A DNA stretch of 63,829 bases, counting the filler, from Stramenopiles sp. TOSAG23-2 (Eukaryota), in assembly GCA_900128395.1 (NCBI GenBank). It is 11 parts of 11 records of this genome, joined end to end, with 100 filler letters (N's around TTAATTAATTAA, not from the genome) between each part and the next. Parts side by side here need not be neighbours in the genome. Positions count along the whole stretch, not along the records: positions 20,359 to 27,034 come from LT650419.1; positions 27,135 to 33,809 come from LT650420.1; positions 33,910 to 40,583 come from LT650421.1; 8 more parts are not named here. One strand, written 5' to 3'. The notes under the pieces were generated by a model, which worked only from the letters and a program-made list of their open reading frames with translations, had not been told where the DNA came from and made no database searches. The stretch's first letter is position 1; each line of letters begins with the position of its first letter. Position numbers and translations under genes: made by a program. Shown one piece after another: positions 22,767 through 34,585 of this stretch.

Positions 22767-24914
22767 TCATTTCCCATAACCAATACTTTTTAAACTAGCT
22801 TTTACACCATCAATCACACTTGCATCTTCAATTGTACCAGGTAATTTATATTCTTTTCCATCAGCTATGTTTCTCATCACATTTCGTAAAATTTTACCAC
22901 TCCTAGTTTTTGGCAATGCATTAATTATGGCAACACTTTTAAATGCAGCAACTGCACCAACACGATCGCGGACAAATTGAATGACCTCATTGCATATGTC
23001 TTCTTCTTTTCTATTATTTTCACCACTAACTACAATTAAACCGACTGGTATATGACCCTTTAATTCATCTTCCACACCCATAACTGCACATTCAACAACA
23101 TCAGGATGATTTGAAACTGCTTCTTCCAGTGCACCAGTTGATAATCTATGCCCAGCAACATTAATTACATCATCTGTTCGTGCCATGATATGAAAATACC
23201 CATCTTCATCACGAAATCCAGCATCACCAGTTGCATACCAATCATTCCCAAATTCTGTAAAATATGCGTCTACATAGCGCGCATCGTTATTGTATAAGGA
23301 AACCATTGTGCCAGGAGGCAATGGTAATTTACAAGCTAAGCTACCCTCTTTATTTGGTTCTTCAATAATATCACCGGTAAATGGATCAACAACTTGAAGA
23401 TTATATGTTGGCAAAGGTCTGCTAGTACTACCTGGTTTCATTCCTACTGTATCATTTTGGAATCCAGCAATAGGATAACCGGTCTCCGTTTGCCACCAAT
23501 GATCTATTACTGGGCAATTAAATGCTTTGAACACTTCTGTATAATAATTCATTGTATCTGGATCACACCGTTCCCCGGCAACGAAAAAACGTTCTAATGA
23601 TGATACATCATATTTCGTCTTTATCAACTCTGAGTTTGGATCTTCCTTTCGTACAGCCCGCAATGCAGTTGGCGCAGTAAAAAATGTATTCACTTTATGC
23701 TTTTCAATGATGTTCCAAAATGCACCTGCATCAGGTGTTCCAACTGGTTTACCTTCATACATAACAGTCGTACAACCTTGAATCAACGGTGCATAACAAA
23801 TATAACTATGACCAACTACCCAACCAATATCTGAACCAGCCCAATACACTTCACCTTCTTTTGTATTGAAAAAATTATCCATCGTCCATTGCAATGGTAC
23901 TACATGGGTATTATCACGGAGCACACCTTTTGGTTGACCAGTTGTACCACTTGTATATAATATATATAATGGATCATTTGCATTTAAAGGTTCACACTTA
24001 ACGCTGTTTGATTTCATTATTTCATCATAGAAATCATACAATGTTGTGTTCAAACCTGTAAAATCATCATGTGGCAATGAACTTTCATGAATTTCTTGCC
24101 TTTGATGTACAAATACAGATTCAGGCGTATGCTTTGCAATATCAAAGGAATCTTTCAATATAGGAAGGTATGGCAATATATTATTTCGCTCAACTCCACA
24201 TGACGATGTAATGACAGCTTTTGGGGTTGCATCATCAATTCGCACGGCAAGTTCGTTTGCAGCAAATCCACCAAATACAACGGAATGTACTGCTCCAATG
24301 CGTGCACATGCTAACATGGCATATAATGCTTCGGGTACCATTGGCATATATATAATAACACGGTCACCTTTTTGAATTCCTGAATTTTTTAAAGCACCAG
24401 CAAATTGAGATACGTTCATCAATAATTCATCATATTTTATTGTGCGTGTCAGGCCACCAACATTACTTTCAAATGCAATTGCTACTCGATTACCATTGCC
24501 ATTTCTAACATGCCGATCAACGGCATTTTCACACATATTAAGAGTACCATCTGGAAACCATTTATAAAATGGTGGATTACTACTGTCTAACGCAATTTTT
24601 GGTTCTTTTGTCCAGTGAATTTTTTTGATTGCATATTCCATCCAAAAATTTTCTTTATCATTTACGCTTTCCCCATGCATTTTATCATAATCATCCATAG
24701 GCATCATATAATTTCGTGTTTGTACTTGACAATATGTATTACGATTAAAAATGGACGATGTTGTATCATTATTATTATTATTTTGTATAGAGTTAGGAAT
24801 GTTGCTGGTATTATGAACTGTGAATGTGGATAATAATATCTTTTGATTATTATTCAAATGTGTATAACTACGTCGTAATATTTTCTCTGTTGATCTTGCA
24901 ATTGCACTTAACAT
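22767..24914 (-). CDS. ACSS3: Mitochondrial propionyl-CoA/short-chain acyl-CoA synthetase (ACSS3/PrpE)
   Basis: YTSGTTGQPKG, YEGKPVGTPDAG, DHWWQTETG, DDVINVAGHRLSTG and PKTRSGKILR motifs, plus a presequence. Confidence 0.92.
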   Translation of the reverse strand: MLSAIARSTEKILRRSYTHLNNNQKILLSTFTVHNTSNIPNSIQNNNNNDTTSSIFNRNTYCQVQTRNYMMPMDDYDKMHGESVNDKENFWMEYAIKKIHWTKEPKIALDSSNPPFYKWFPDGTLNMCENAVDRHVRNGNGNRVAIAFESNVGGLTRTIKYDELLMNVSQFAGALKNSGIQKGDRVIIYMPMVPEALYAMLACARIGAVHSVVFGGFAANELAVRIDDATPKAVITSSCGVERNNILPYLPILKDSFDIAKHTPESVFVHQRQEIHESSLPHDDFTGLNTTLYDFYDEIMKSNSVKCEPLNANDPLYILYTSGTTGQPKGVLRDNTHVVPLQWTMDNFFNTKEGEVYWAGSDIGWVVGHSYICYAPLIQGCTTVMYEGKPVGTPDAGAFWNIIEKHKVNTFFTAPTALRAVRKEDPNSELIKTKYDVSSLERFFVAGERCDPDTMNYYTEVFKAFNCPVIDHWWQTETGYPIAGFQNDTVGMKPGSTSRPLPTYNLQVVDPFTGDIIEEPNKEGSLACKLPLPPGTMVSLYNNDARYVDAYFTEFGNDWYATGDAGFRDEDGYFHIMARTDDVINVAGHRLSTGALEEAVSNHPDVVECAVMGVEDELKGHIPVGLIVVSGENNRKEEDICNEVIQFVRDRVGAVAAFKSVAIINALPKTRSGKILRNVMRNIADGKEYKLPGTIEDASVIDGVKASLKSIGYGK

Positions 24915-25795
24915 GGTGGATATTGATTTATATTTATAGGTATGATATATAGTATATGGAAATGAGTATGAAAGTTGACGTTCTCTTTTTTTATCATATA
25001 TTTATCTGTATCTAACTGTATAACATCTATATATCTAACTAAATCTATTTTATATGTAATGCACTAATAATATTATTTTTTCATATTATAGTCGTCTATA
25101 TTTCACTCAGGCACGGGGGGGGGGAGATTTTAATTTCATGACTGGTATACAATTGTTACATTTTTTTGTCGATTTTCTATCAAGTTGTTAAATTATAGTA
25201 TACTAATATTGTATTTAATTTTTATTTTTTTTTTTGTAAAATCGGAGGGGGGGTGTGCGGGTGTGCCAGTGTGCTGGTGTGATTGCCCAGATTGCAGATC
25301 TCTTACAGTAATCTTCCTCTGATCGACTGTATTAAAGCTAAACAATTATAAATCTAATAAAAGTTTTTAAAGTGCATAAAAAAAAAAAAATCTCAATTAT
25401 TATTACAAAGATTTTTTGATTTTATATTATACTATAATACTTGAGAGTCCTTTGTCCTATGTATTTGGTTGTCTTATAGTACCACAAGTACAAAATTTTT
25501 AGTTGAAGGAAGAAGGGGAAAAAAACGCACCCAAAAAAAAGCACAAAAAAAGAGGCGAGAAGATAAAGGATAAAGAAAAGATAGTGCAGCAGATAGTGGT
25601 GGATACTGGATACTTGGTACTATTATACATACTATTATACTCGTATTACAGACTTTTTATATATAATGATTGTAGCAGAACAAAGATAAGAAGATAGAAT
25701 ATATACCGATATACAATAATCCAAATTGCAAATTATAAGCAATAGATCTTTCGTAAATCTCATATACAAATAAGAATCTTACGCAGCATAAAAAC

Positions 25796-26493
25796 ATGAA
25801 AATTGCACTAATTTTTCTTTTCACAGTATGTGTTGCGGTCAACGCTGAACAAGCTGAAGTAAATGTATTTACTTCATTGTTGCTAAAACGAGCTAATGCT
25901 CCTAAAGGACAGTCTGGCGGTTTTTTTAGCAAACTGATCGCCAGTAAGGGTGGTAGCAAGAAAAAAGAAGAGAAAAAAGAAGCAAAAACATGCACGCCAC
26001 CATCCCCGGAAGAAATGCAAAAAGCGACACCAGAAGAAAGAATGGGAAAACAATGGGAACACATTCTTTGCGAAGTTGACAGTAAGTAAATTCTGTAATT
26101 GTTAAAAACTTCTATAGAAGTATTATAACATATTAACATTATTTTTAATTTTTTTCAAAAAAATCTTTTAACTAACAACGACTTATTATCTTCTATTACA
26201 AAATCGCATATCTTGTAGCAAGTGGTGACGGCAAAATATCCATGGTTGAATTTGAGGCAGCTGCTAAGAAAAATGGTCAAAAAGATCCACCTCCACAGGC
26301 AATGATCGATAAGTTAAAGAAACACATGGGCGCTGATGGAAAATTGGATAAAGCGGAATTCATTAAAATGATCAAAGAAATGATGGCAGCTCATGCCAGG
26401 CAGGCTCCTCCTCCTCCTCCTGGTCCTGCTCCACCAGCTGCAGCGATTTCACATTCAAAAAAGCAGCATTTACGTCAGAATAAAAAAAATTAA
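25796..26493 (+). CDS. Secreted EF-hand protein with poly-Pro tail; exons 25796-26081 and 26219-26493
   Basis: Signal peptide MKIALIFLFTVCVAVNA. Intron 26082-26218 (GTAAGT..ACTAAC..TAG) restores the EF loop DTSGDGKISMVEF. Second loop MGADGKLDKAEF. Confidence 0.82.
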
Positions 26494-27617
26494 GTTGGGG
26501 AAAACCAACATGAACTCGAACCTGAAACTTCAGGAAACATACACTGAGTATATAATCACGTTTTGGTGTAATATCGCAAAGGTCCATATTATAAATATTT
26601 TAAATTCAAAATATTAATTAAAATCGTATTAATCACTTCATTTATCTAATACGCGTTTGTATTAAATATCATACTTGCCCAGGCTTGGTAGAGCAAACGA
26701 GCAAACCAAGAGATCAGATCAGAAGGGTAGCTACTCGCTACTCCTAAATATAATACATATATATATGTATAAATAGTGTATTATAAAAAGTTTTTATTTT
26801 ATTTTTTCGAAATTCGTTCCTAGTGCCTATCGTGCCCTCTAGCCCTCTCTCTGCTAGTGCCCTACCTCTGTACATTTTTAAGAAAAATTGAAAATTCACC
26901 AAATCGATTTATTATTTGTATACTTACTCGTAGTGTTTTGATAGGAAATATAAATATCGGGCTGATAATGATCGAAAATAAACATACCAAACATGCATCG
27001 AAGTATGGAAATTGAAGCAGGCGTTGTTCTAAGANNNNNNNNNNNNNNNNNNNNNNNNNNNNNNNNNNNNNNNNNNNNTTAATTAATTAANNNNNNNNNN
27101 NNNNNNNNNNNNNNNNNNNNNNNNNNNNNNNNNNATGTATATGTGGTGCTATGTATCTTTTATTATATCTCTTTTACATGAATATGAATGAATTGCACTT
27201 TGCAATTACAATTCTATGTTTTTTCTCTCTGTTTTTTTTAGTATTAATTTTAGATTTCAAATACCTTAATACCAGGTTAAGGTAGAGAGCTAGCTTATAA
27301 ATAGCACCAAGAATGGACAACAAATCTGAAGTTGGCATTGCCAGATTGCCAGATTTAGATTGGCACATTGCAAGTAGAAAGATGATCGATGATCGCTTAT
27401 CCCAATGATTGATTGATGGAATTTAATTATATTAAAACATGGATATATGAATAAATACATTTATCAATACCATGAGAGCCCACGGAGAGTATAAAACAGC
27501 AATAAAGAAAGTTCTAGAGATACTTATGCACCTGGACCTTGCATAATATTATTCTTTCTTAAGATTGAAAAGAAATATATAATAATATTGGAAGCAATTG
27601 AACTCCTCCTAGTAGTC

Positions 27618-29894
27618 ATGTCAAACTCAAATAATAATAATAATAATAATGCTAATAATATTAATAACACGTTCAACATAAAACAACATTCACAACTGCA
27701 ATTTGATTCCAAAGGTTTAAAAGGTTGGATGGGAAGATTATATATTGATAAAATATCAGGCCCCATCAATGAATTGTTAGATAATGCCCGTGATGCTGCC
27801 CGTGAAGGAAACCTGCAAAATGCAACATGTATTATTAAATACAGCTCAGATAAAAAAAGACCAGATGTGGAATTGTTATCAATTACAAATTATGCAAAGA
27901 ATATATTGAGTATGGATCATATTCTAAAATTTGCAAGTTCTGGGAAAGACAGTACTGGTTTTACTGTTGGTGAAAATGGAGTTGGAACACTACAAGCATG
28001 TAATATATTATCAAAAGTTTCTCTTATCATTACAACAAGAAATGAGAGAGATATTGATATTGGTGTGATACCAAACACAAACGATGTAAGAGTTTACATA
28101 TGTCATTTAAAGTATTATCTTGTTGAAGATAATGATGATAGTAATAATGAGCAAGGAGATGATGAGGAAAAAGTGTCATATGTATTTGAAGGAAAAACAG
28201 ACAATGATATAAAAATGTATCAATATGTAAAAGAGGAATTGAAAAAATTTGGAGTGAATGTCAAGAAACAGATGATACATGTAGTAAATAAACTGCATAG
28301 TGATGCAAGAATAACAACAACAACAACAAATAATAGTAATGGTAGCAGCAGTGATAATATTAAAGCAGATCTATTTCATCTATTATTAATAGCACCTAGT
28401 GAAGAGCTCGAGAATGACAAGAAGACATTGAAAGACGTAAAAAAACGTATTATTGAAACATTACCAACGCTTTATCTGGGAAATGTCAATATCAAATTTT
28501 ATGTCAACAGAATATTAATAAAACCAATGATCTGGCAAAGAAAATTAGCAGAATTGTCACGATTTTCACTTGAATCTCCACGTCATGTTGATATTTATCT
28601 AGGATTTGACCCTGCATTAGCGGGAAAAAAAAATAATACTGCAATGATGTATTTATACAGTGCAGGCCGTTTGATTGAAAGAAAAAAAGACCCACGAAAA
28701 CTTTTGAACGTACCATTTCATGGTAGTGATTATATGTCTGGCCTTACCCTTATTGTAGATGATAGGGGTATTGGCAAACAACGATATTTTCAACCTAATC
28801 CAACAAAGGAAAATATTCAAGAACTTGATGCCAAATTAGAAAATCTAAATGACATTGGATTAGTATTTAAAGCCTTTTATAAATATCACAACAATCCATT
28901 TAAACAATACGAAGATCCATTGGTATGGTTTAGAGATGCTATAATCAATTGTAAACGTATGACTGGTTTACAAAGTGATGAAGATGAAGCTCTTGCCTTT
29001 CAAGATATCAAAACACTAACATTAAATTCTTTTAATATTCAAAAACGGGTATATAGAGGAACAAAAATCTTTAGTATTAATGCCAATTCTTATGCACATG
29101 GACGTGATTGTTTATGTACTATTCGTAGGCCTCCTGTTGAAGCAAAAAAAAAGCCAGTACAGAATAAGCGAAAAAAGGGAAGTAACAGCAATGGCAGCAC
29201 TAATAAAAAGCGTAAGAAATTTGTCTCAACTTCTGATGAAGAATCTGCTAGTGATGAATCTAGTGAGATGTCTGATTCTGATAGTGATGATGATAATTAT
29301 GATAGTACCTCATTTGGAGGACAAAAAGTTGCAGACATTCCTCAAAATAAATCAACTACTGCAAGAAGACGTCAAAGTTCGAATAATTTAAATAGTAATG
29401 ATGATATAACAATTGCAAGACTTCAAAACTTAAACCAAAATTTAAGTGATCGTAACAAAGCTTTGGATAAAGCAAATGAAGAATTACTTAAACAAATTGA
29501 ATTGTTAAAAAACAACACAAATGACGAACAGTTACTTAAGCAAAATGCAACATTAAAAAAACGATTGGAACAGGAAACAAAAACATTCAATTCAGTGAAA
29601 GCTCAATTAAGTAATCAAAATGCTACACATACTTCTCGAATCCATGAATTAGAATTGCAATTGAAAAATGGTAATGTTAGTAGTGGCACTTCCGGTTCTT
29701 CTAGCAATAATAATAATACAAATAGTTCATATGAAAAACAAATAAAGAAATTGAAGAAAAAATTACAGAAAAGTCGCGAAGAAAATGTTAGGTTGTATAG
29801 AAAATTGCAAGCTGCTAATGATGAAACCTCTAGTGATAGTAGTGATGATGTTGATGATAGCAATGAAGATATGTTTCCTCAATTGGAGGTATGA
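27618..29894 (+). CDS. Divergent MORC-family GHKL ATPase with S5 domain, NLS and coiled coil
   Basis: INELLDNARDA (N-box) and VGENGVG (G2 box). YSAGRLI...GLTLIVD...FQPNPTKENI matches the MORC S5 domain. KRKK motifs and a C-terminal coiled coil. First ATG at 27618. Confidence 0.78.
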   Translation: MSNSNNNNNNNANNINNTFNIKQHSQLQFDSKGLKGWMGRLYIDKISGPINELLDNARDAAREGNLQNATCIIKYSSDKKRPDVELLSITNYAKNILSMDHILKFASSGKDSTGFTVGENGVGTLQACNILSKVSLIITTRNERDIDIGVIPNTNDVRVYICHLKYYLVEDNDDSNNEQGDDEEKVSYVFEGKTDNDIKMYQYVKEELKKFGVNVKKQMIHVVNKLHSDARITTTTTNNSNGSSSDNIKADLFHLLLIAPSEELENDKKTLKDVKKRIIETLPTLYLGNVNIKFYVNRILIKPMIWQRKLAELSRFSLESPRHVDIYLGFDPALAGKKNNTAMMYLYSAGRLIERKKDPRKLLNVPFHGSDYMSGLTLIVDDRGIGKQRYFQPNPTKENIQELDAKLENLNDIGLVFKAFYKYHNNPFKQYEDPLVWFRDAIINCKRMTGLQSDEDEALAFQDIKTLTLNSFNIQKRVYRGTKIFSINANSYAHGRDCLCTIRRPPVEAKKKPVQNKRKKGSNSNGSTNKKRKKFVSTSDEESASDESSEMSDSDSDDDNYDSTSFGGQKVADIPQNKSTTARRRQSSNNLNSNDDITIARLQNLNQNLSDRNKALDKANEELLKQIELLKNNTNDEQLLKQNATLKKRLEQETKTFNSVKAQLSNQNATHTSRIHELELQLKNGNVSSGTSGSSSNNNNTNSSYEKQIKKLKKKLQKSREENVRLYRKLQAANDETSSDSSDDVDDSNEDMFPQLEV

Positions 29895-30147
29895 TAGAGT
29901 ATTTAAGTTTGCGGAATAAAAATTTAACCCCATTTTTTTGTTATATACGAAGTCGTATGTGATGTGTATTATATTTTATAATGTGTGTACTCTTCGTAAA
30001 ATGTTTTACAGTTCGTTCATAATATTTTTTACAGCTGTTCGTGCGTCGTAATATTTTGCACAAAACAAATTTACACACACGCGCGTCCATACCCACATAC
30101 TCCTTTCTTTCTTTCTCATTTTTTTCTTTTTTTCTTTTTTTTTAAAT

Positions 30148-30500
30148 TCACATCCTGCTAATTTTACCAGAACTTTTAGCTCTTACAATAGCTATTCTTT
30201 CTTTTCTATTTGCCAATACTTGTGCACTTTGACTGCGTTTAATTATAAAATTAGGGTGATTCGGCAAAGTTAATGAAGCTAAACTGCCTGTTCTACCAAT
30301 TAATGATGTTCCATGTAATACTCTATATACATCTCCATCTTTCCTAAAATCAATTGGACAATATGAAGCAATAGGTGGTAAAAATGGCAAACGTCGTTTA
30401 CTACGTCGTTTTTTTCTACTACCACTTTTACTATTCATTAATTTAGAAACTACATTTGGTGTTTGTCTACTACCATTATTATCATCGACCAAACGTATCG
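30148..30500 (-). CDS. Possible short or 5'-truncated basic protein
   Basis: Coding-like composition (RKKRRSKRRLPFLPP...SRM) followed by a typical 3' flank. The start is unclear and the ORF abuts the ankyrin gene start. Confidence 0.35.
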
Positions 30501-30506
30501 AAGCTA

Positions 30507-31052
30507 ATGGGCATTCTACACTCAACAAATAATAAATTATTGCCACATTTGTTTCATCCAAATCCATCAGAAGGTGCTGCTAAGAAATTATATAATGAAG
30601 CAAGAATTGCACATTATGATGCAGTGGAAGAAATATTACAAAATAATAAAAAACTAAATGCAGATAAATATAAAGATAAAAATGGATGGACAGCATTATC
30701 CTGGGCGGCTCATCACGGCAAAGCGAATATGGTGAAATTATTAGTACAAAAAGGTAAAGCAAATATTAACCATGTATCACATAATAAACATATGTCTGTA
30801 TTAATGTTAGCATGTATGATGGGAGAATTACATACAGTTGATACGATAATACAATTAGGTGGAAATGTAAATGCTATATCATCAATAAATGCTACGCCAT
30901 TAATATATGCAACATCAACACAAAACCATGAAGTGATGAAATTATTATTAAAACATGGTGCAGATAAAGACATGAAAGCTAAAAATGGTAAAAATGCAAT
31001 GATGATTGCAAAGGGAAAAGGCGATCAAATTGCAATGAAAATTTTGTCATGA
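30507..31052 (+). CDS. Ankyrin-repeat protein
   Basis: GWTALSWAAHHG, SVLMLACMMG, ATPLIYA and KNAMMIA repeats. The MG start at 30507 could be myristoylated. Confidence 0.88.
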   Translation: MGILHSTNNKLLPHLFHPNPSEGAAKKLYNEARIAHYDAVEEILQNNKKLNADKYKDKNGWTALSWAAHHGKANMVKLLVQKGKANINHVSHNKHMSVLMLACMMGELHTVDTIIQLGGNVNAISSINATPLIYATSTQNHEVMKLLLKHGADKDMKAKNGKNAMMIAKGKGDQIAMKILS

Positions 31053-31544
31053 AAAAAAAGGAAAGAGTGCAAGTTAAAGTGCGCAGAAGGGAAACACGAG
31101 AAAAAATAATATTTTTTTGAGAGGTGCATTTATAAATTTAATGATATCTCTGGTTAAAATATCTAAAAGTGTTTATATATATAATAATTTTGCTTCCCAT
31201 GGTAAATACTATCATACGAATTCGTATGCTCAAAATATTCTATCTCTCAGATTTATATTTTTTTTAAGTTCAAATCAAATATTCAATTGAATAAAAACCA
31301 ACTTAGACTGTCTGGAGAGGAAGAAAGGAACGACAAGATAAAGAGAAAAATGACGACTGCACTCCGAATATTAAAAAAAATAAAATTATTAAAAAACGAA
31401 AATTAATTTTTTAAATCTCCTGATGATGTATTTTAAATTTGTATTTTTTTATATTTAAAAAACTTATTTTTCATGTACACAGCGTTCGTACGCTCGAACG
31501 TTCATACGTACATAAAATGATATGATACGCACATTCTTTTCTTT

Positions 31545-32861
31545 TTACAAACCCTTTGCTGCATATAAATATCTAATTGCATTTCCATTTTTATCTTTTA
31601 AATTACGAAATTCTTTTTCTAAATCATTTACATCCAATTCCATTTCCTCTGGTAATAACGCCAATGCACATGGTAATGCTAAACCCATACATAATGCAAT
31701 GACGATGATTTCAATTGCTAATGCTGGATTACCAGGTCTCATGTTTAATACTTTCATAAGAACTGGTGGTAATAACATTGGTGCAACAGGTAAAAACAAT
31801 GAACGTGTTGTTACTGTTTTATATACAGCCAATGCACCTGCACTTTTTGAGATGCCAACATCTTTACCACTTGCATCACGCACTGTAATACCATTTTGTA
31901 TTTCATCCATACGTGTTAATGCAACATTTAATCCACCTGCACTTGCTACTGCTAAATATGGAATTAATAAACCTAATGATTTTAATGCAGGTACACGTGC
32001 AATTAATTGATTTGATACAAATACAATCGTACATGCAACGGTAACACCAATACCATACGTTTTTAATAATGATGCATTATCAACTTCACGACCAGCACGA
32101 TTTGTATAATTATTAACAACATTATAACTTTGATTTAACCATTGCCAAAACATACCTGCCGCTGTACTGGTAGGTCCATGTATCATCATTCCAATTAACA
32201 TTGGTATATTGCATAAAACAAATGCAGACATTCGTCCTAATACAAACATTTTCTCACCAGTTGGTTTATGAATCACAGCTTCTATGGTTTCACGTGCTTT
32301 CCATAAGGTTGCATCATCAACTTCACCCTCTTTCAACGTATTGTTTTTATATCTTTCAAGTAATTTCTGTGCACTTTCTAATTCCGCATCAGATATTAAC
32401 ACATTTCTTGGATCAATTTTTAATAAAATACCTTTTAATCTACCTTCAAACGTAGATTGATCATACTTTGGTTCCGTCAATGAAAATGGCATGATGCCAT
32501 CCTCGTTGATTGGTGACATAGCCAATTTCTTTCCATTGACACCTTCTTCAATTGATGGTGCTGCATATGTTTGATTTGTATATGCAATTGCTGCTGCTGT
32601 TAATCCAATAGTCGTTAATATACTATTAAATTGTTTACCTTTACTTTTATTATTATTTGATAATAATATTAATTTGTTTTCATTAATTTTTAATTTATTT
32701 TTTGCATTTTGATTTGTTGTTGTAAAATAATATTTATGATTATTATTTTGTAACTGTTTCTTTTTTAAAGGTTGTAATTTGAATATAGTATTGTTTTGTC
32801 TTTTCATAAAATATATATTTCTATTCATTTTATTAAATATAATTTTTCCTCTTGAAAACAT
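31545..32861 (-). CDS. Sideroflexin (SFXN/Fsf1) with long N-terminal extension
   Basis: PKYDQSTFEGR, HKPTGEKMFVLGRMSAF, FWQWLNQSYN..VNYTNR and terminal YAAKGL motifs. Confidence 0.92.
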   Translation of the reverse strand: MFSRGKIIFNKMNRNIYFMKRQNNTIFKLQPLKKKQLQNNNHKYYFTTTNQNAKNKLKINENKLILLSNNNKSKGKQFNSILTTIGLTAAAIAYTNQTYAAPSIEEGVNGKKLAMSPINEDGIMPFSLTEPKYDQSTFEGRLKGILLKIDPRNVLISDAELESAQKLLERYKNNTLKEGEVDDATLWKARETIEAVIHKPTGEKMFVLGRMSAFVLCNIPMLIGMMIHGPTSTAAGMFWQWLNQSYNVVNNYTNRAGREVDNASLLKTYGIGVTVACTIVFVSNQLIARVPALKSLGLLIPYLAVASAGGLNVALTRMDEIQNGITVRDASGKDVGISKSAGALAVYKTVTTRSLFLPVAPMLLPPVLMKVLNMRPGNPALAIEIIVIALCMGLALPCALALLPEEMELDVNDLEKEFRNLKDKNGNAIRYLYAAKGL

Positions 32862-34585
32862 GATGAAATTTTATTTTTTTATTTTAATTAATAATTAGTA
32901 TATATTGTTGTTATATAATAAAATATTTATTACAAAATTGTACGTATGATGTATTACTACAGAATATAAAAATTATTTGTAGGTTCTGATAATTTGAATA
33001 GTAGTAATGATATCTATCTATATCTATCTACGTATGTATATGTATGTATGTATGTATGTATGTATATATACTGTATGAATGAATGAATTTTCTTAGTTTT
33101 TTTTTTTTTTTAATTGCACGTGCAATTGCACAATTCAATAACTGTCGTTGCAACTTGGACACTCTTTTAATCTCTATTTTTCAGAGACATTATTAAAAAT
33201 CCATTACGGAAAAAGAAAGTGAATTTTAAGTATACTATTTATACATGGATATCTGCATATTTCGCATGTACATCTGAATCATATTTCCGATAAAAAAAAA
33301 AATAATTATTATTTTAGATCTAAACGAAGCGTAAATTTATTTAAAAAATAGTTGTACATGATTTTTATTGTTTAAACATTTTAGTTTTTTAATAAACATT
33401 GTATATTGATATACAAGTATAATTATATGTATACTAATCCATTATATTTCCAAATCCATCAAAATATTATTGTTAAAAGTTGTTTTTTCATTCTGGAATT
33501 TTATAATAATAATATTTGGAATTACCAGATCTCTCTTTTGGTAGGTTCCTGCGTTCATGGTCCCTACACTCATAAAATCTAGGTTGCTCAACATATCAAT
33601 ACCTCGAATAATTATACAATATAAATGGATATTCATCAATATATAAATAACGGTAGATATATATATCAACATCAACAAGATGAAATTTAATACAAAAACA
33701 TATTTCAGGGTATATCAATATTCACCACAATACATTGCAAATAAATACTATAAAGCCATACCAATACCATGAAATCATCACCATCTACTACAACCACTAC
33801 CACCACCACNNNNNNNNNNNNNNNNNNNNNNNNNNNNNNNNNNNNNNNNNNNNTTAATTAATTAANNNNNNNNNNNNNNNNNNNNNNNNNNNNNNNNNNN
33901 NNNNNNNNNTTTGTTGTTGAAAATGGTAGGTAGAAATAAATTAATACAAGATAAAATATATACACATATCGTTATATATTTTAATGTTATTAATTAAATT
34001 AATATTATATGATAATGTTTTAGATTCTCCACCTGGTTAGTTTTAATATCTATGATAATATTCAACTTTATATTTTCTTCAATTTGTATCATTTTTCAAA
34101 TAGCTTCCAACGCACTATAATAATACACCATGTCAAGCATCAAAAAATTTTCAATGGCATAATCTTCGCCATTTCGTTGAATAGATGCCTAATTCTTTTT
34201 GCAAACGCTAGCTGACATGATTCTTTATGCCTCTAGACGCTGTCCCGGTTTCTATCGGAAATTTGGAACAGAGAAAAAAGTGTGCGCATAAAAATGTTTG
34301 TGTTTAACTTTTTAATATTTTTTTTTGAAGGGCATGGTTGGTAGTAAACGTGTATTTTTTCATTTTCGTGTTTCAAAACTCTCTGCAGCTATAACCGATT
34401 ATATGACGATTTCCGGCACAAAATTATAGACTAGATAGTGAATCGATCTAGTTTCGGACATTATAACGTTGAAAATTTTTTGCTTCTCAGAGACATGATT
34501 ATACGGAAAGAGCTTTAAAAATATGTACGTACGTAGAAATATTATAGCATTATAAATACCATTAAAAATTATGTAAAAATAGGTA

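Noticed and set aside
31522-32010. Antisense ORFs such as 31522-32010, 52419-53081, 6791-7240 and 11926-12372
   Set aside because: They are shadows of well-supported genes on the opposite strand and have no recognisable motifs.
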